Below are positions 46,600 through 61,266 of a stretch of 64,000 nucleotides of DNA, one piece after another. Source of the DNA: Balanoglossus misakiensis (Eukaryota > Animalia > Hemichordata); the NCBI GenBank assembly GCA_040954595.2, contig CM082587.2, forward strand, positions 10,793,403 through 10,857,402, written 5' to 3'. Within the stretch, counting starts at the first letter, position 1; the number at the start of each line of letters is the position of its first letter. Position numbers and translations under genes: made by a program. Under the pieces are notes generated by a model. That model did no database searches and had not been told where the DNA came from. It was given only the letters and a program-made list of their open reading frames with translations.

Positions 46600-47420
46600 G
46601 AAAATAGAATATTAATCACACTAGCAGTCTTAATACTTTTGAATCATCACTGAAGAACATATAGAAAAATTAAACAGGTTTTAATTATTTATATTTGAAC
46701 GCAAAGCGTAAATTCCCTTGTGCCATGGAATTGACAATCTGCAACTGGTGGGGTCCTTCTGCCAGTAAAAAGCATCAGATAAATTCTGCATGCTCATCAC
46801 CGAGGCAATTTAGGTGTACTTTTGTACTTTGAGAACTGTCGGTTTTCGCAACTGAAACTCTGTTCACAGGACAGAGGAAAAACTAGAATGACAACAGCTA
46901 TGTAAGCTAACAAAAGGAACACAGAGCATAGTTCTCCATACTCACATTTTAATGCAATAATTTTTGCTGAAACTGGGGCGTCCGTGGGCAGGCAAAGGCA
47001 GTTCTAACTCGACTTGCAAATAAGGCCCATGTCTCTTGTTCGCTGAGATTGTCTGGTTCTAATAATAGCTGTAAGAACTTGATCATTGACCGAACTGTTG
47101 GTTCAATTTTGCAACATTTTATGATTTCAAGCTGTGCAATATTTGCAACTCAGTTTCAACTTTGGTTTGAGGGATGATGATGAAGCCATTTCACTGACAA
47201 AATAGCGCTACTGACTGATGTCAATGTTTGTTTACAGTTAAATGCGTTGCCATCATAAAAATACATGTGAGAAATTTCTTATGTGTATGATACACACTTT
47301 TGTGCATGACTGCAAACTCTGTTACAGTTGTGAAATTCTAAGGGTTGAATTCATTGGGTAGAATTCATGTTTTTTGGATTCTTAAACAACCAGTCACGAA
47401 AGCTAAGTGGTTACCTCAGA
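46600..47420. repeat. Third partial copy of the arm sequence (same orientation as left arm)
   Basis: 46680-47420 is the reverse complement of about 40660-41355 and a direct match to about 29900-30580. Confidence 0.85.
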
Positions 47421-47827
47421 GAAACTGTGTTAAATTTGGTCATCAATTGCTTTAAATCACACAAGACATTCCCAGAGCTAAAGTTACTGCAGCAGTCAGT
47501 TTCAACTCAGCTTGCAAATTGGGATCATGTCTTGTGTTCATCGAGACTGTCTGTAGTCGAGTTGACAGTCCTATGGGGTCAATGATGAACCTACAAATGT
47601 TCTTTCCAATGAAATTGTTATAAATCTAATATTCAGGATTTGCATTCATACCTTAAACAATATAACTGTATTGCAAATATGGCAACTCTTCTAAGTTACA
47701 TTGGAACACCTTCTCGCCACTGTTTGTGCCAAAATGGTGAATAAGCTTTCATTTTCAAGCCTTAACATAGGCACCCAAAACAAGACAACAGCATTGCAAA
47801 TATGGTATTTTTTGTTCAACTCTTCTC

Positions 47828-48478
47828 ATTTGCATAGTCCAAAATGGCCGCCAAACTCCTCTAACATGTAAATTTCCTATGGTCGTCTTAAATAGCGTGT
47901 AGTATCGCATTTGAAGGGTTTTCATCAATATGGGTACCTAAAACAATTTCAACGTGGTTGACATTGCAATGTTAGACAGCTGTTCTAATTTGCATAATCT
48001 AGAATGGCCGACAAACTTCTCTAACATGTAAATTTACTATGGTTGTCTTTAATAGTGTGTAATATCGCATTTGCAGGGTTTTCATCAATATGGGTACCTA
48101 AAACAATTTCAACGTCGTTGACATGGCAATATTAGACAGCTGTTCTAATTTGCATAATCCAAAATGGCCACCAAACTCTTCTTAAATGTAAATTTCCCTG
48201 TTTTGTCTTATATGGTGCCTAAAATCGCATTTGCAGGGTTTTCATCAATATTGGTAACTAAAACAATTTCAGCGTGTTTGACATGGCAATATTAGACAAC
48301 TGTCTAATTTGCATAATCCAAAATGGCCGACAAACTTCTCTAACATGTAAATTTCCCTGGTTTGTCTTATATGGTGTGTAATATCGCATTTTCACGGTTT
48401 TAATTAATATGGGTACCTAAAACAATTTCAACGTGGTTGACATGGCAATATTAGACAACTGTTCTAATTTGCATAATT
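47828..48478. repeat. 160-bp tandem repeat, about 4 copies
   Basis: ATTTGCATA recurs at 47828, 47988, 48148, 48307, 48467. Confidence 0.92.
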
Positions 48479-48831
48479 CGAACACCTGCTGGATAATTTA
48501 ATTTTTGCCCTTCTTGTCCCATGATTATATGTGTAATATCTCATTTTCAATGTGTTTACATGTATATATGCAGAACTAAGTGGGCATATTGTAGCGCCAA
48601 TCTTATTTCTTAATCCGCACCACAGAACTGATGCAAGGTTTAGGACTGGAAATGTATGTGGCCACTGGCCGACAGCCCAGGCGAGAGGTCTCCAATTATT
48701 TCAGCACGTAGTGTGCTTCCCGGTTGATAACATAAATATGTGTAAATGCCAAAAACCCGACCTATTGTAATACCAGTCAAATTTTCTTTGTCATTTACCA
48801 TTTTTCTCTTGCATATGAAGGTTTTTCTTAA

Positions 48832-49378
48832 AGGTCACGTGCCATGCCCTATACAACCACGCGTAAAATCACTATTTGGGTCTTGAAGTTAACATATGTT
48901 ACTATCTTGCAATGCGTTTTGCCCCTTGTGCTTAGATAACAAGCAAGTAAAAGTGGCGGGTGGGCGTGTACCCCTAACCCAACTCAGTCGAAGACTTATC
49001 TTGATGTGGACAAATAGTCTTTCACACCTTCGTAAATCCTCTGCCTGTAATGTGAAGCAAGGGCTTCCTTTGCTTTGAACACTGTTTATATAGCTTGTCT
49101 TTGTCTGTGGACTTAAATACTCATGGACTGCTAATTACACTTTACTGTTAGCAGAATGGTACACTAGGACATAGTGTACTTGTTTGTCCATATGCAAATA
49201 CCTTCGCCTGGCTCGAGTGCGAAGTGGCTCCCTGATCACAGGCATGAAAAAAGATGGCAAATTCCGGCATTCGTGCACATTTTTCAGAACTGACACAATA
49301 GGCAATGCATAGACAGGTACCCTAGGTGAGCTTTTGACGTGGAAAAATGAAAACTTTCCAAAGCATGACATGTGACCT
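48832..49378. mobile_element. TTAA-flanked MITE (Kolobok-like)
   Basis: TTAA|AGGTCACGTGCCATGC...GCATGACATGTGACCT|TTAA. Confidence 0.82.
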
Positions 49379-49625
49379 TTAAAGAGTACATACCCATATA
49401 CATTTGTATGGGAGCACACATCCCCACCCCCTGCCAACAATAATTGGACAACTTTATTCTTCTTATACTTCTTTTTAGTCTAAACATTCATATAGAGAAG
49501 GCAACATGTTCTTGAAGCTGCTGACTATGGAAATATGATGAAGTACATTTTCCTAGTTGTACATGTACAGTATGATAGGCCCAATGTACCAATTGGAGAT
49601 GTGTGCCTTACAGGCAACATACATG

Positions 49626-52600
49626 TAGCTCTGCATGGCCTGGTTAATCAATGTTGACGCAAAAGTTGACCCCACCAAACACTCAAAATTGATGGGCACG
49701 ACACTGGCCACTAGCTCTGCATGGCCTGGTTAATCAATGTTGACGCAAAGGTTGACCCCACCAAACACTCAAAATTGATGGGCACGACACTGGCCACTAG
49801 CTCTGCATGGCCTGGTTAATCAATGTTGACGCAAAGGTTGACCCCACCAAACACTCAAAATTGATGGGCACGACACTGGCCACTAGCTCTGCATGGCCTG
49901 GTTAATCAATGTTGACGCAAAGGTTGACCCCACCAAACACTCAAAATTGATGGGCACGACACTGGCCACTAGCTCTGCATGGCCTGGCTAATCAAGGTTG
50001 ACGCAAAGGTTGACCCCACCAAACACTCAAAATTGATGGGCACGACACTGGCCACTAGCTCTGCATGGCCTGGCTAATCAAGGTTGACGCAAAGGTTGAC
50101 CCCACCAAACACTCAAAATTGATGGGCACGACACTGGCCACTAGCTCTGCATGGCCTGGCTAATCAAGGTTGACGCAAAGGTTGACCCCACCAAACACTC
50201 AAAATTGATGGGCACGACACTGGCCACTAGCTCTGCATGGCCTGGCTAATCAAGGTTGACGCAAAGGTTGACCCCACCAAACACTCAAAATTGATGGGCA
50301 CGACACTGGCCACTAGCTCTGCATGGCCTGGCTAATCAAGGTTGACGCAAAGGTTGACCCCACCAAACACTCAAAATTGATGGGCACGACACTGGCCACT
50401 AGCTCTGCATGGCCTGGCTAATCAAGGTTGACGCAAAGGTTGACCCCACCAAACACTCAAAATTGATGGGCACGACACGGGCCACTAGCTCTGCATGGCC
50501 TGGCTAATCAAGGTTGACGCAAAGGTTGACCCCACCAAACACTCAAAATTGATGGGCACGACACGGGCCACTAGCTCTGCATGGCCTGGCTAATCAAGGT
50601 TGACGCAAAGGTTGACCCCACCAAACACTCAAAATTGATGGGCACGACACGGGCCACTAGCTCTGCATGGCCTGGCTAATCAAGGTTGACGCAAAGGTTG
50701 ACCCCACCAAACACTCAAAATTGATGGGCACGACACTGGCCACTAGCTCTGCATGGCCTGGCTAATCAATGTTGACGCAAAGGTTGACCCCACCAAACAC
50801 TCAAAATTGATGGGCACGACACTGGCCACTAGCTCTGCATGGCCTGGCTAATCAATGTTGACGCAAAGGTTGACCCCACCAAACACTCAAAATTAATGGG
50901 CACGACACTGGCCACTAGCTCTGCATGGCCTGGCTAATCAAGGTTGACGCAAAGGTTGACCCCACCAAACACTCAAAATTGATGGGCACGACACTGGCCA
51001 CTAGCTCTGCATGGCCTGGCTAATCAAGGTTGACGCAAAGGTTGACCCCACCAAACACTCAAAATTGATGGGCACGACACTGGCCACTAGCTCCGGCCTG
51101 GCTAATCAAGGTTGACGCAAGGGTTGACCCCACCAAACACTCATAATTGATGGGCACGACACTGGCCACTAAGCTCTGGCCTGGCTAATCAAGGTTGACG
51201 CAAGGGTTGACCCCACCAAACACTCAAAATTGATGGCCACTAGCTCTGGCCTGGCTAATCAATGTTGACGCAAGGGTTGACCCCACCAAACACTCAAAAT
51301 TGATGGGCACGACACTGGCCACTAGCTCTGCATGGCCTGGCTAATCAAGGTTGACGCAAAGGTTGACCCCACCAAACACTCAAAATTGATGGGCACGACA
51401 CTGGCCACTAGCTCTGCATGGCCTGGCTAATCAAGGTTGACGCAAAGGTTGACCCCACCAAACACTCAAAATTGATGGGCACGACACTGGCCACTAGCTC
51501 CGGCCTGGCTAATCAAGGTTGACGCAAGGGTTGACCCCACCAAACACTCATAATTGATGGGCACGACACTGGCCACTAAGCTCTGGCCTGGCTAATCAAG
51601 GTTGACGCAAGGGTTGACCCCACCAAACACTCAAAATTGATGGGCACGACACTGGCCACTAGCTCTGCCTGGCCTGGCTAATCAATGTTGACGCAAAGGT
51701 TGACCCCACCAAACACTCAAAATTGATGGGCACGACACTGGCCACTAGCTCTGCATGGTCTGGCTAATCAATGTTGACGCAAAGGTTGACCCCACCAAAC
51801 ACTCAAAATTGATGGGCACGACACTGGCCACTAGCTCTGCATGGCCTGGCTAATCAATGTTGACGCAAAGGTTGACCCCACCAAACACTCAAAATTGATG
51901 GGCACGACACTGGCCACTAGCTCTGCATGGCCTGGCTAATCAATGTTGACGCAAAGGTTGACCCCACCAAACACTCAAAATTGATGGGCACGACACTGGC
52001 CACTAGCTCTGCATGGCCTGGCTAATCAAGGTTGACGCAAAGGTTGACCCCACCAAACACTCAAAATTGATGGGCACGACACTGGCCACTAGCTCTGCAT
52101 GGCCTGGCTAATCAAGGTTGACGCAAAGGTTGACCCCACCAAACACTCAAAATTGATGGGCACGACACTGGCCACTAGCTCTGCATGGCCTGGCTAATCA
52201 AGGTTGACGCAAAGGTTGACCCCACCAAATACTCAAAATTGATGGGCACGACACTGGCCACTAGCTCTGCATGGCCTGGCTAATCAAGGTTGACGCAAAG
52301 GTTGACCCCACCAAACACTCAAAATTGATGGGCACGACACGGGCCACTAGCTCTGCATGGCCTGGCTAATCAAGGTTGACGCAAAGGTTGACCCCACCAA
52401 ACACTCAAAATTGATGGGCACGACACTGGCCACTAGCTCTGCATGGCCTGGCTAATCAAGGTTGACGCAAAGGTTGACCCCACCAAACACTCAAAATTGA
52501 TGGGCACGACACGGGCCACTAGCTCTGCATGGCCTGGCTAATCAAGGTTGACGCAAAGGTTGACCCCACCAAACACTCAAAATTGATGGGCACGACACGG

Positions 52601-53639
52601 GCCACTAGCTCTGCATGGCCTGGCTAATCAAGGTTGACGCAAAGATTGACCCCACCAAACACTCAAAATTGATGGGCACGACACGGGCCACTAGCTCTGC
52701 ATGGCCTGGCTAATCAAGGTTGACGCAAAGGTTGACCCCACCAAACACTCAAAATTGATGGGCACGACACGGGCCACTAGCTCTGCATGGCCTGGCTAAT
52801 CAAGGTTGACGCAAAGGTTGACCCCACCAAACACTCAAAATTGATGGGCACGACACGGGCCACTAGCTCTGCATGGCCTGGCTAATCAAGGTTGACGCAA
52901 AGGTTGACCCCACCAAACACTCAAAATTGATGGGCACGACACGGGCCACTAGCTCTGCATGGCCTGGCTAATCAAGGTTGACGCAAAGGTTGACCCCACC
53001 AAACACTCAAAATTGATGGGCACGACACGGGCCACTAGCTCTGCATGGCCTGGCTAATCAAGGTTGACGCAAAGGTTGACCCCACCAAACACTCAAAATT
53101 GATGGGCACGACACGGGCCACTAGCTCTGCATGGCCTGGCTAATCAAGGTTGACGCAAAGGTTGACCCCACCAAACACTCAAAATTGATGGGCACGACAC
53201 TGGCCACTAGCTCTGCATGGCCTGGCTAATCAATGTTGACGCAAAGGTTGACCCCACCAAACACTCAAAATTGATGGGCACGACACTGGCCACTAGCTCT
53301 GCATGGCCTGGCTAATCAATGTTGACGCAAAGGTTGACCCCACCAAACACTCAAAATTAATGGGCACGACACTGGCCACTAGCTCTGCATGGCCTGGTTA
53401 ATCAATGTTGACGCAAAGGTTGACCCCACCAAACACTCAAAATTAATGGGCACGACACTGGCCACTAGCTCTGCATGGCCTGGCTAATCAATGTTGACGC
53501 AAAGGTTGACCCCACCAAACACTCAAAATTAATGGGCACGACACTGGCCACTAGCTCTGCATGGCCTGGCTAATCAATGTTGACGCAAAGGTTGACCCCA
53601 CCAAACACTCAAAATTAATGGGCACGACACTGGCCACTA
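49626..53639. repeat. 86-bp satellite array, about 47 near-identical copies
   Basis: Unit TAGCTCTGCATGGCCTGG...GGGCACGACACTGGCCAC; period 86 (49626 to 49712); no unique spacers. Confidence 0.98.
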
Positions 53640-54869
53640 CATGTATTTGTGATATTTTACATGGTGAACCACGCTTTGAGAAAAGTAATTATAAGAGAAC
53701 TTTGTTTCCAAAGTTAGGGGAGAATAATCCTACGGGAGATGGGAGTACCTCAGGCTACTGAGCTCGTTCCCTTCCTCGTGTACTTTACTGGGCGTATTTG
53801 ATGTACTATAATAATTCCGGACAATAAATGAACGTAAATCAGATACGTGTCTCCGTGGATCACGGTTCTCGTCAGAGCCCGTTACCTCATCGCTACATAT
53901 TCCCCGATGCATGAACAATCATGAGAAACCAGCGGTAATACAAGTGTCACGATTGAGTTTAACGATCATAGATCTTGTTTATGATTACGTAAAAAGTCAT
54001 TCACTTATATGGTTTTAGTCCAGTATTGACATAGGTACTTGACCCAGAGTAAACAAGATTGTGTAATTGATACATGTCAGAACGAGATAGAGATATCACG
54101 CGCTAAGTTCATGTTTAAGAAATATTAAGATGACGTGTTCCTTTTATGACTTAATACTTGACAAACGTATTAATAAGGTGTGGTGAAATTTGAGATCACA
54201 CGTTTATCACCGGAGATCCGTGATGGGAGTCAACGAGCATGGATCGAGTCGTGTAATTCTTACGTGTGACCAGTAATAAACCAGAACTTTGTGTTACTCG
54301 GAAAACTTGTTGTAAGTCTCTGTCTACGAAAGGTTTACGATCTGCCGGGTACCTCTCTCGGACTCTGTGAATATGTTGGGTGGAGAAGGAGATGGAGAGA
54401 ATGTACGCCGTCAGCCTTCGGACGTGGCTGATTCCCCACAGAAGCCGATGAGGTAAACGTCCGGAGGACGACCGGCCGTAACAAGATGGTGTTAGAATCC
54501 GGGTAGGCAGAGATGTTGCCACTGATTCCTGAACCGAGAAAGAAGTAAGAAGAAAAAAAGCTGGCGAAACGGACGATCCAATGGTCTGCTTCAGAAGGAA
54601 ACGAGAACAGAAAAAAGGTTGGTGCTGACTGTTGACTGCGTGGAATGCGTGGACGGGTTTTCAACGATGGATCTGTTGTTTGATCAGAGGGGCGTCGAAT
54701 CCAGAAGCATGTAGTTGAAGCAGTTCTGGCGACGAAGAAAAGAGGTCTCGTGGAATGAAGAAGGGAAGACTCTTGAATCGTCTGCTATCGCAAAAGAACT
54801 GTGATAGAATGACATTGAACTGAATAATCAGCCTTTTTAGAAGCAATATTAGGCATGTACACTGTAAAG

Positions 54870-57800
54870 GCAATTATGTACATAGACAGTAGCTAAAATT
54901 GAATGAAATAAATACATTGAATGTATAAATTGAACTACTATATATAAATATATATATATTTATAGTTAATTTTCTAAATACATCTGTTTGAGCGAGTACC
55001 GGAAAGTTTTTTGGGATTTTTTGTTTTTTATTTGAGGGCCATTATAAGATATTGCAAATTTGCCCATTGTTGTATTTACACTTGGAATATGGAGATTACC
55101 TTGGTTTTTGTGGCGTGAACTGTAATCATGGAGAGGTAATTGACATTAGGTTGTCAGCCTTTGTGGAAGATTATTGTTTACAAGATCATACATGAAGGAG
55201 CATACCCGGAGCTTATGTAATTTGAAAATATCAGGGATTTTCAATTTATGGAATAAAGGAGTTGAATGAGCTGTGAAAACACTGAAGGTTATTGCTCTTA
55301 CTGCCATTTTTTGTAATAACCTAATACGGTTTAGATATGAAGGATATGTTGACCCCCATACTTCGAGGCTGTATGTTATATGTGGTTGGATAAGTGATTT
55401 GTAGAGTAAGGTAAGTATAGGGGTAGGTACAAAATGTCTGAGTTTAAAGAGAATGCCAACTTTCTTTCTGATGATTGTGTTTAGCATCTGGATATGTTTT
55501 GACAAGGTAAGATGCCTGTCAATGAGAATGCCAACAAATGATGCAGCTTCTACCTCATTTATGACCATATTATTTATGTGGAGAAAACCAACATGGGAAA
55601 CCTTTCGTCTTTGGTTTCTGAAAATAATGTAATTTATTTTTAGGTGATTTATAGTGAGTTTGTTGGCATTGCACCAATCTAGTACTAGCTGTAACTGGTT
55701 GTCAACATGGTTCAGATTGATATCACTTTTGTTTGCAGGGAAGGTATGGGACAGATTTGTATCATCAGCAAACAGCCGAAAGTTGAAGAAGGATGTTGAA
55801 AGGGCTATATCATTAATAAATAATAAAAAATAGAGTAGGTCCAAGGACAGAACCCTGTGGAACTCCACATGTAATATTATGGCTAGATGAGATATGGCCA
55901 TCAGCACAAACATGTTGACATCTATCTTTTAAATAATCTGTAAACCATTGTAGAGGACGTCCACGTATACCATAGTGAGAGAGTTTAGATAGTAATATTG
56001 TATGATCAATGGTATCAAAGGCTTTTGAAAAGTCAAGGAAAATGCCAAGTGTAATTCTGCCAGCATCAAGTTGCTTAATGAGATAATTGACAAGATTGAT
56101 CAGAGAGAGTTTGGTACTATATTTTTGTCGAAAGGCATACGGATGTTCATATAGAATATTAAATTGTTCTACAAAGTTGGTAAGATGGGAGTTGACTATT
56201 TTTTCTAAGACTTTGCTTATAAGAGGTAAAATTGATATTGGTCTGTAATTTCCTGGATCATCAGTGGTTCCTTTCTTGAAACTTGGTATAACTTTTGCTG
56301 ATTTAAGGGCTTTCAGAAATATTCCTTATTGAAAGGAGAGGTTGAATATGTATTCTAATGGTTTAGATATTACAGCAGCTCCATCTATAAGAAGTCCGGC
56401 AGGAATTTGATCTTGGCCACAAGCTTTATAAGGATCTAGGCTACAAATAATTTTTTGTATTTCAAACTGAGTTGTTGGGGCAAGAAAGATTGAGTTTGAG
56501 ATGGGTGCCTTGAGGTAATTATTGAAGTTGCAATTGTTAGACTTTATTTTACTAGCAAGGTCTGGACCAATACCAACAAAGTAGTTATTTAGCTCATTGA
56601 CAATGTCAGTTTTCTTATTTACGGTTCGTACCTTACCATTAGACTTAACACACAGATTATCTGGCAGAGATTGACTGGCATTACCTTGGCTTCCAAGTAT
56701 CTCTCTAATTGTTTTCCATATTGCAGTAGTGTTATTTTCATTTTGTATAAAAATATTGCTATAGTACATCTGTTTGGCTTTCCTGAGTAAAGCCGATAAA
56801 ATATTTCGATATTTTTTATAATTATCAACAGCAACAGCATTATTAAATTTTGATTTATATAATTTGTTATATAGCCTATGTTTGGTGTTAATAGATTTTC
56901 TAAGTGATTTGGTGATCCAAGGTTTTTTTTTTTTTTTTTTGGTACTATAGGATGTTGTAGAAATAGGTGCATGTTTATCACAAATTTCATTAAAGACTGA
57001 ATAAAAATTGTTGTAAGCCTCATTAGCATCAGAGGAATGGTACACAGAATCCCATTTTGTGATTTCAAGATCGTCGTAAAATTGGGAGGGACTATAGTTT
57101 TTGAAATTTCTGAAAATAATTTTCTCTTTTTGTGGCAATTTTAGAGGAATATTTTCTAAAAGAGTATACACAGGGAAATGGTCTGAAATATCTGTGATTA
57201 TAGTGCCAGCATGAATAGGACGTTGATTATTTTTTGTGTAGATGTGGTCAATTAAAGTTTCAGATGAACTAGTCACTCTGGTTGGGATAGATATCAGCTG
57301 TCTTAAGCCTATACATTCCAAGGAGGATAGATATGAATTTATATTGGGGTTGGTCAGTCTTATGTTAGTATCAATATTAAAATCGCCCATTAAAATACAA
57401 TTATTTTTGTCACATCTGAACTCATTTAAAACTTGCACGAGACTAATTTGAAATTCTGTTATATCAGTATTAGGTTTTCTGTAGATTATTCCCATAATTA
57501 TCTTCGTATTTTTAACCTGTACCTCCATCCAGAGTGATTCTGAGTGACTGACACTTGCTCGAAGCAGCTTGTAGATTACTGATGAATGTATGTAAGCCCC
57601 AACCCCACCACCCCTTCCTACTTCACGAGACTTCACTTCTAATGTGTAATCTTGCATATTACAAATACTTAAGTTATTTGGGTCCCATACTTCAGAAATT
57701 CCAATGATAGCGAATTTGGACTTGATAATATCTTCATATAGTAATTTTAAGGCATCAACGTTTCTGTTTAATGATCTGACATTTAGATGGGAAACACAAA

Positions 57801-57915
57801 ATGAATTATAAAGCTGGGGGGAAAAGTGTTCATCAAAATCACAGGGTGGAAGGGTATGATGACTAACATTGAAGAGAGGCCCTTTGAGTTTTATTGTAGT
57901 CTTACGCATCCTTTC
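54870..57915 (-). mobile_element. CR1-group LINE (CR1/L2/Crack-like), 5'-truncated, ORF2 APE + RT disrupted
   Basis: APE motifs NVRSL, SE, GGGV, GDFN, IDH, SDH; RT motifs NYRPISIL, DFSKAFDT, GVPQGSVLGP, FADDT; in-frame TAA at 56326-56328 and frameshifts near 55825 and 55150. Confidence 0.93.
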
Positions 57916-57969
57916 ACATAAGAAGAGTTAGTAGACGTGAGTTGACTGACCGTTATTAACCGCTTTTGA

Positions 57970-59525
57970 TTAGGGGACCAAGCGCCCTCAGGCGCTTGTG
58001 CCCTATTGGTTTTACTGTGTTTTTTTAGGGCACAAGCCAAGCAGGCTTGTGCCCTATTGGTATTACTGGGGTTTTTCATCCTCTTCTTTTTCTTGTGTAG
58101 TTTTTTTGCCCAATAGGATCTTGAAAACGGCTGAACCTACAAATCTCAAACTTGGCACAGTGATGCAGGCCTATGAGAGCTGGTGCAGTACCCTCGTGAA
58201 TGTTTAATAAGTCATGTGATCTGATGACCATATATGGGCAAAGTTTTCAAATGGGCCTAATTTGCATATGAATGGAGATATCGAAATTCTTTTAGCAACT
58301 TTTGTGGACCATGTGATCAGTGTCCTACATGCCAAATGTCAATCCCGTGGGCCAAGTCTATTTTGAGAAGAAGATTATTAAATATTATTTGTCATATTTG
58401 TGGACCCAGCCATAGGCCTATACTTTCTATAGTTAAGCTATGACGCTATGTCCACGTCTGTGCAATTGTCCTGTACAGTGACAGTCTAGTGGCCCGTGAG
58501 CTGAATGGGACCAAAATAAAAGACAAAATTTTGGGCTCACCTGTAACACCTGCTTAACTCATTAATTATGTGCATACCTAATTCCGGGCTAACTATTAGG
58601 GCTAGAGGTTTTGTTCTTGTGGGACATGGACCAGTATGGGATCAAAAATTTTTGCCCAAATTTTGGGTGACCTCAGGTGACCTTTGACCTACTTTCCTAT
58701 ATCTCGGCATCCACAGCAGGTACAGACTTGGCGTTTGGAGGGTTGTGACTAAAATTGAAAAGACAAAATTGGGGGTCACCTGTGACACCTGCTTATCTCA
58801 TTAATTATGTGCATACCTAATTCCAGGCTAGCCAATAGGGCTAGAGGTTTGATTTTTGTTGAACATGGACCAGTATGGGGTTAAAATTTCTTGCCCAATT
58901 TTGGGTGACCTCAGGTGACCTTTGACCTACTTTACCGTATCTCGGCAACCCATGCAGATACAGCCTTGGCATTTGGAGGCATGGAACTCCTAATGGAGCC
59001 TTATACTTTACGTCATTAATTATGTGCATATCTAATTCTAGGCGAACCAATAGGGCTAGAGGTCTGGTTTTTGTTGGACCTGGACTAGTATGGGGTCAAA
59101 ACTTTTTGCCCAAATTTTGGGTGACCACATATGACCTTTGACCTTCGGCTTAAGCTTGTGCCCGTCATCGCTGCTTGCAGCTATATTCTTCTACTTCTTT
59201 TTCTTGTGCAGTTTTTTCGCCAACTAGGATCTTGGAAACGGCTGAACCTACAACTCTCAAACTTGGCACACGGGTGCAGGTCTATGAGAGCTCGTGCAGT
59301 ACCCTCGTGAATGTTTAATTAGTCACATGACCTGATGACCATATATGGGCAAAGTTTTCAAATTGGCCTAATTTGCATATGAATGACGATATCAAAATTC
59401 TGTGCATTCATTTTGCGGACCATATGGTCAGTGTCCTACATGCCAAATTTCAAGGCCCTGGGCCAAGTCAATTTTGAGAAGAAGATTTTTAAATATTATA
59501 TTTCATATTTTTTGTACCCAGCCTA
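57970..59525 (+). mobile_element. Helentron/Helitron2-type non-autonomous element (one unit to 59187 plus the start of a tandem second unit)
   Basis: 5' hairpin with GGGCACAAGC (58028-58037), inverse GCTTGTGCCC at 59154-59163, 3' stem-loop GCTGCTTGCAGC then TATATT; internal tandem repeats; no TSD. Confidence 0.6.
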
Positions 59526-59541
59526 TACTGTCTTTTAGTCC

Positions 59542-61030
59542 AGGAGATAGGTGCCGTTAATCAGAATTTTTGGTAAGGAAGGTTTGAGAAGTCCATTCTA
59601 TGTAAAAAATGGTGCTGATTCCAAAAAAGTCAGTCTTATTGACCCCACTCAAGACAAAATTGCCATTTTGGCCATTTTTAACCCAAAATGGTCTTTTTTA
59701 GAAAACACTAAAAACACACTGTTTTCGTCACATTGTGAGATCTGAGGACATATGATATGCTTATTCTATGTAAAATTTGGTGAATATTACGAAAAAAGTA
59801 GTCCGATTGACCCAAAACAACAGAAAATTGCCTTTTTGACCATTTTTTCCCCAAAAAACGTCATTTTTAGAAAAAATTTAAAACACACGGTTTTCTTCAT
59901 AATGATTGATCTGGTGATATATGGAAAGTCAATTCTATGTTAAAAGTGTTGACTTAAAAAATAAAGCAGTCCTTTTGACCTCAATCAATACAAAAATGCC
60001 ATTTTTGGCCACTTTTTGAGGTCAAAAAAGGTTATTTTTACAAAAAAACTAAAAATAAATTGTGTTTGTCATATTCAGAGATCATTGGATATATGAAATG
60101 TCCATTCTATGTAAAAAAATTATGCTGATTCCAGAAATAGCAGTCTTATTGACCCTTCTCAAGAAAAAATGCCATTTTTGCCACTTTTTACCCAAAAACG
60201 TCATTTTTAGAAAACACTCAAAATTTATATATTTTCTTCACTTTCGGAGATCTGATAATGTATTATATGCCCACCCTATGTAAAATTTGGTGATTATTCC
60301 AAAAAAGCAGATTTATTGACCCAACCTAATGCAAAAATGCCCTTTTGGAAAGTTTTTGCCCAAAAAGGCCATTTTTAGAAAAAATGTTAAAAACAAACTT
60401 TTCATCATAAAGCTCAGAGATCATGTGATATATGAAATGTTCATCCTATGTAAAAATTGGTGCTGATTCCAGAAATAACAGTCTTATTGATCCTACTCAA
60501 GAAAAAATGCCTTTTTTGCCACTTTTTGCCCCAAAAACGTCATTTTCAGAAAACACTCAAAATTTATATATTTTCTTCACTTTCGGAGATCTGATAATGT
60601 ATTATATGCCCACTATATGTGAAACATTTCCAAAAAAGCAGTTTTATTGATGCCACTCAAGATAAAAGTGCCTTTTGGCAAGTTTTTGCCCAAAAAGTGT
60701 CATTTCTAGAAAACACCCAAAACTTTTATATTTTCTTCACTTTCGGAGATGATGATGTATTATATACCCACTCTATGTGAATAAAATCAAAAAAAAAATT
60801 TCACTGGCGCCACTCAAGAAAACAGTGCTTTTTTGACAAGTTTTTGCCCAAAAAGCCACTTTTTGAAAACCATTAAAAACAAACTGTTTGATTCTTATTT
60901 GGAGATTCTATGATGTGTGAAAAGTACATTTATTGTAAAATAGGTGTTGTTTCCAGAAATGCAGTCTTAATGACCTTAACCATGATGAAATCGCCTTTTT
61001 GGCTAAGTTTTGCACAATTTTTTTATTTTT
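59542..61030. repeat. Degenerate array of about 180-bp units, same family as the inner foldback arms
   Basis: Begins AGGAGATAGGTGCC as at 22262 and follows the same unit order. Confidence 0.85.
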
Positions 61031-61266
61031 AAGAATATATTAATAGCATTCTCTTTTCTTCACTTTCTCATTATAAATAAAATCCCATTCTATATTGAAA
61101 CGTGGTTACAAACAAGATAACTGCTTCACAAATAAATGGTTCACTTCTCTTGAGGCTTGGGAAAACTTGACAGTATAGGAAAATATAGAATTTTAACATG
61201 AGATGATGACAATTTTCTATGGCTTTGTAGGAGTTAAAAATGTTCGGAGTTCCACTAGCAACTTAC

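Noticed and set aside
49626-53639. CRISPR-like regular array
   Set aside because: Units are contiguous and near-identical with no unique spacers, there are no cas genes, and the context is eukaryotic.
53703-54861. Possible solo LTR (TGT...ACA ends, CpG-rich)
   Set aside because: No matching TSD, PBS/PPT or second copy visible; left unclassified.
58221-58245. CTGATGA followed by a short hairpin (hammerhead core?), repeated near 59332
   Set aside because: No GAAA after stem II and no stems I/III.
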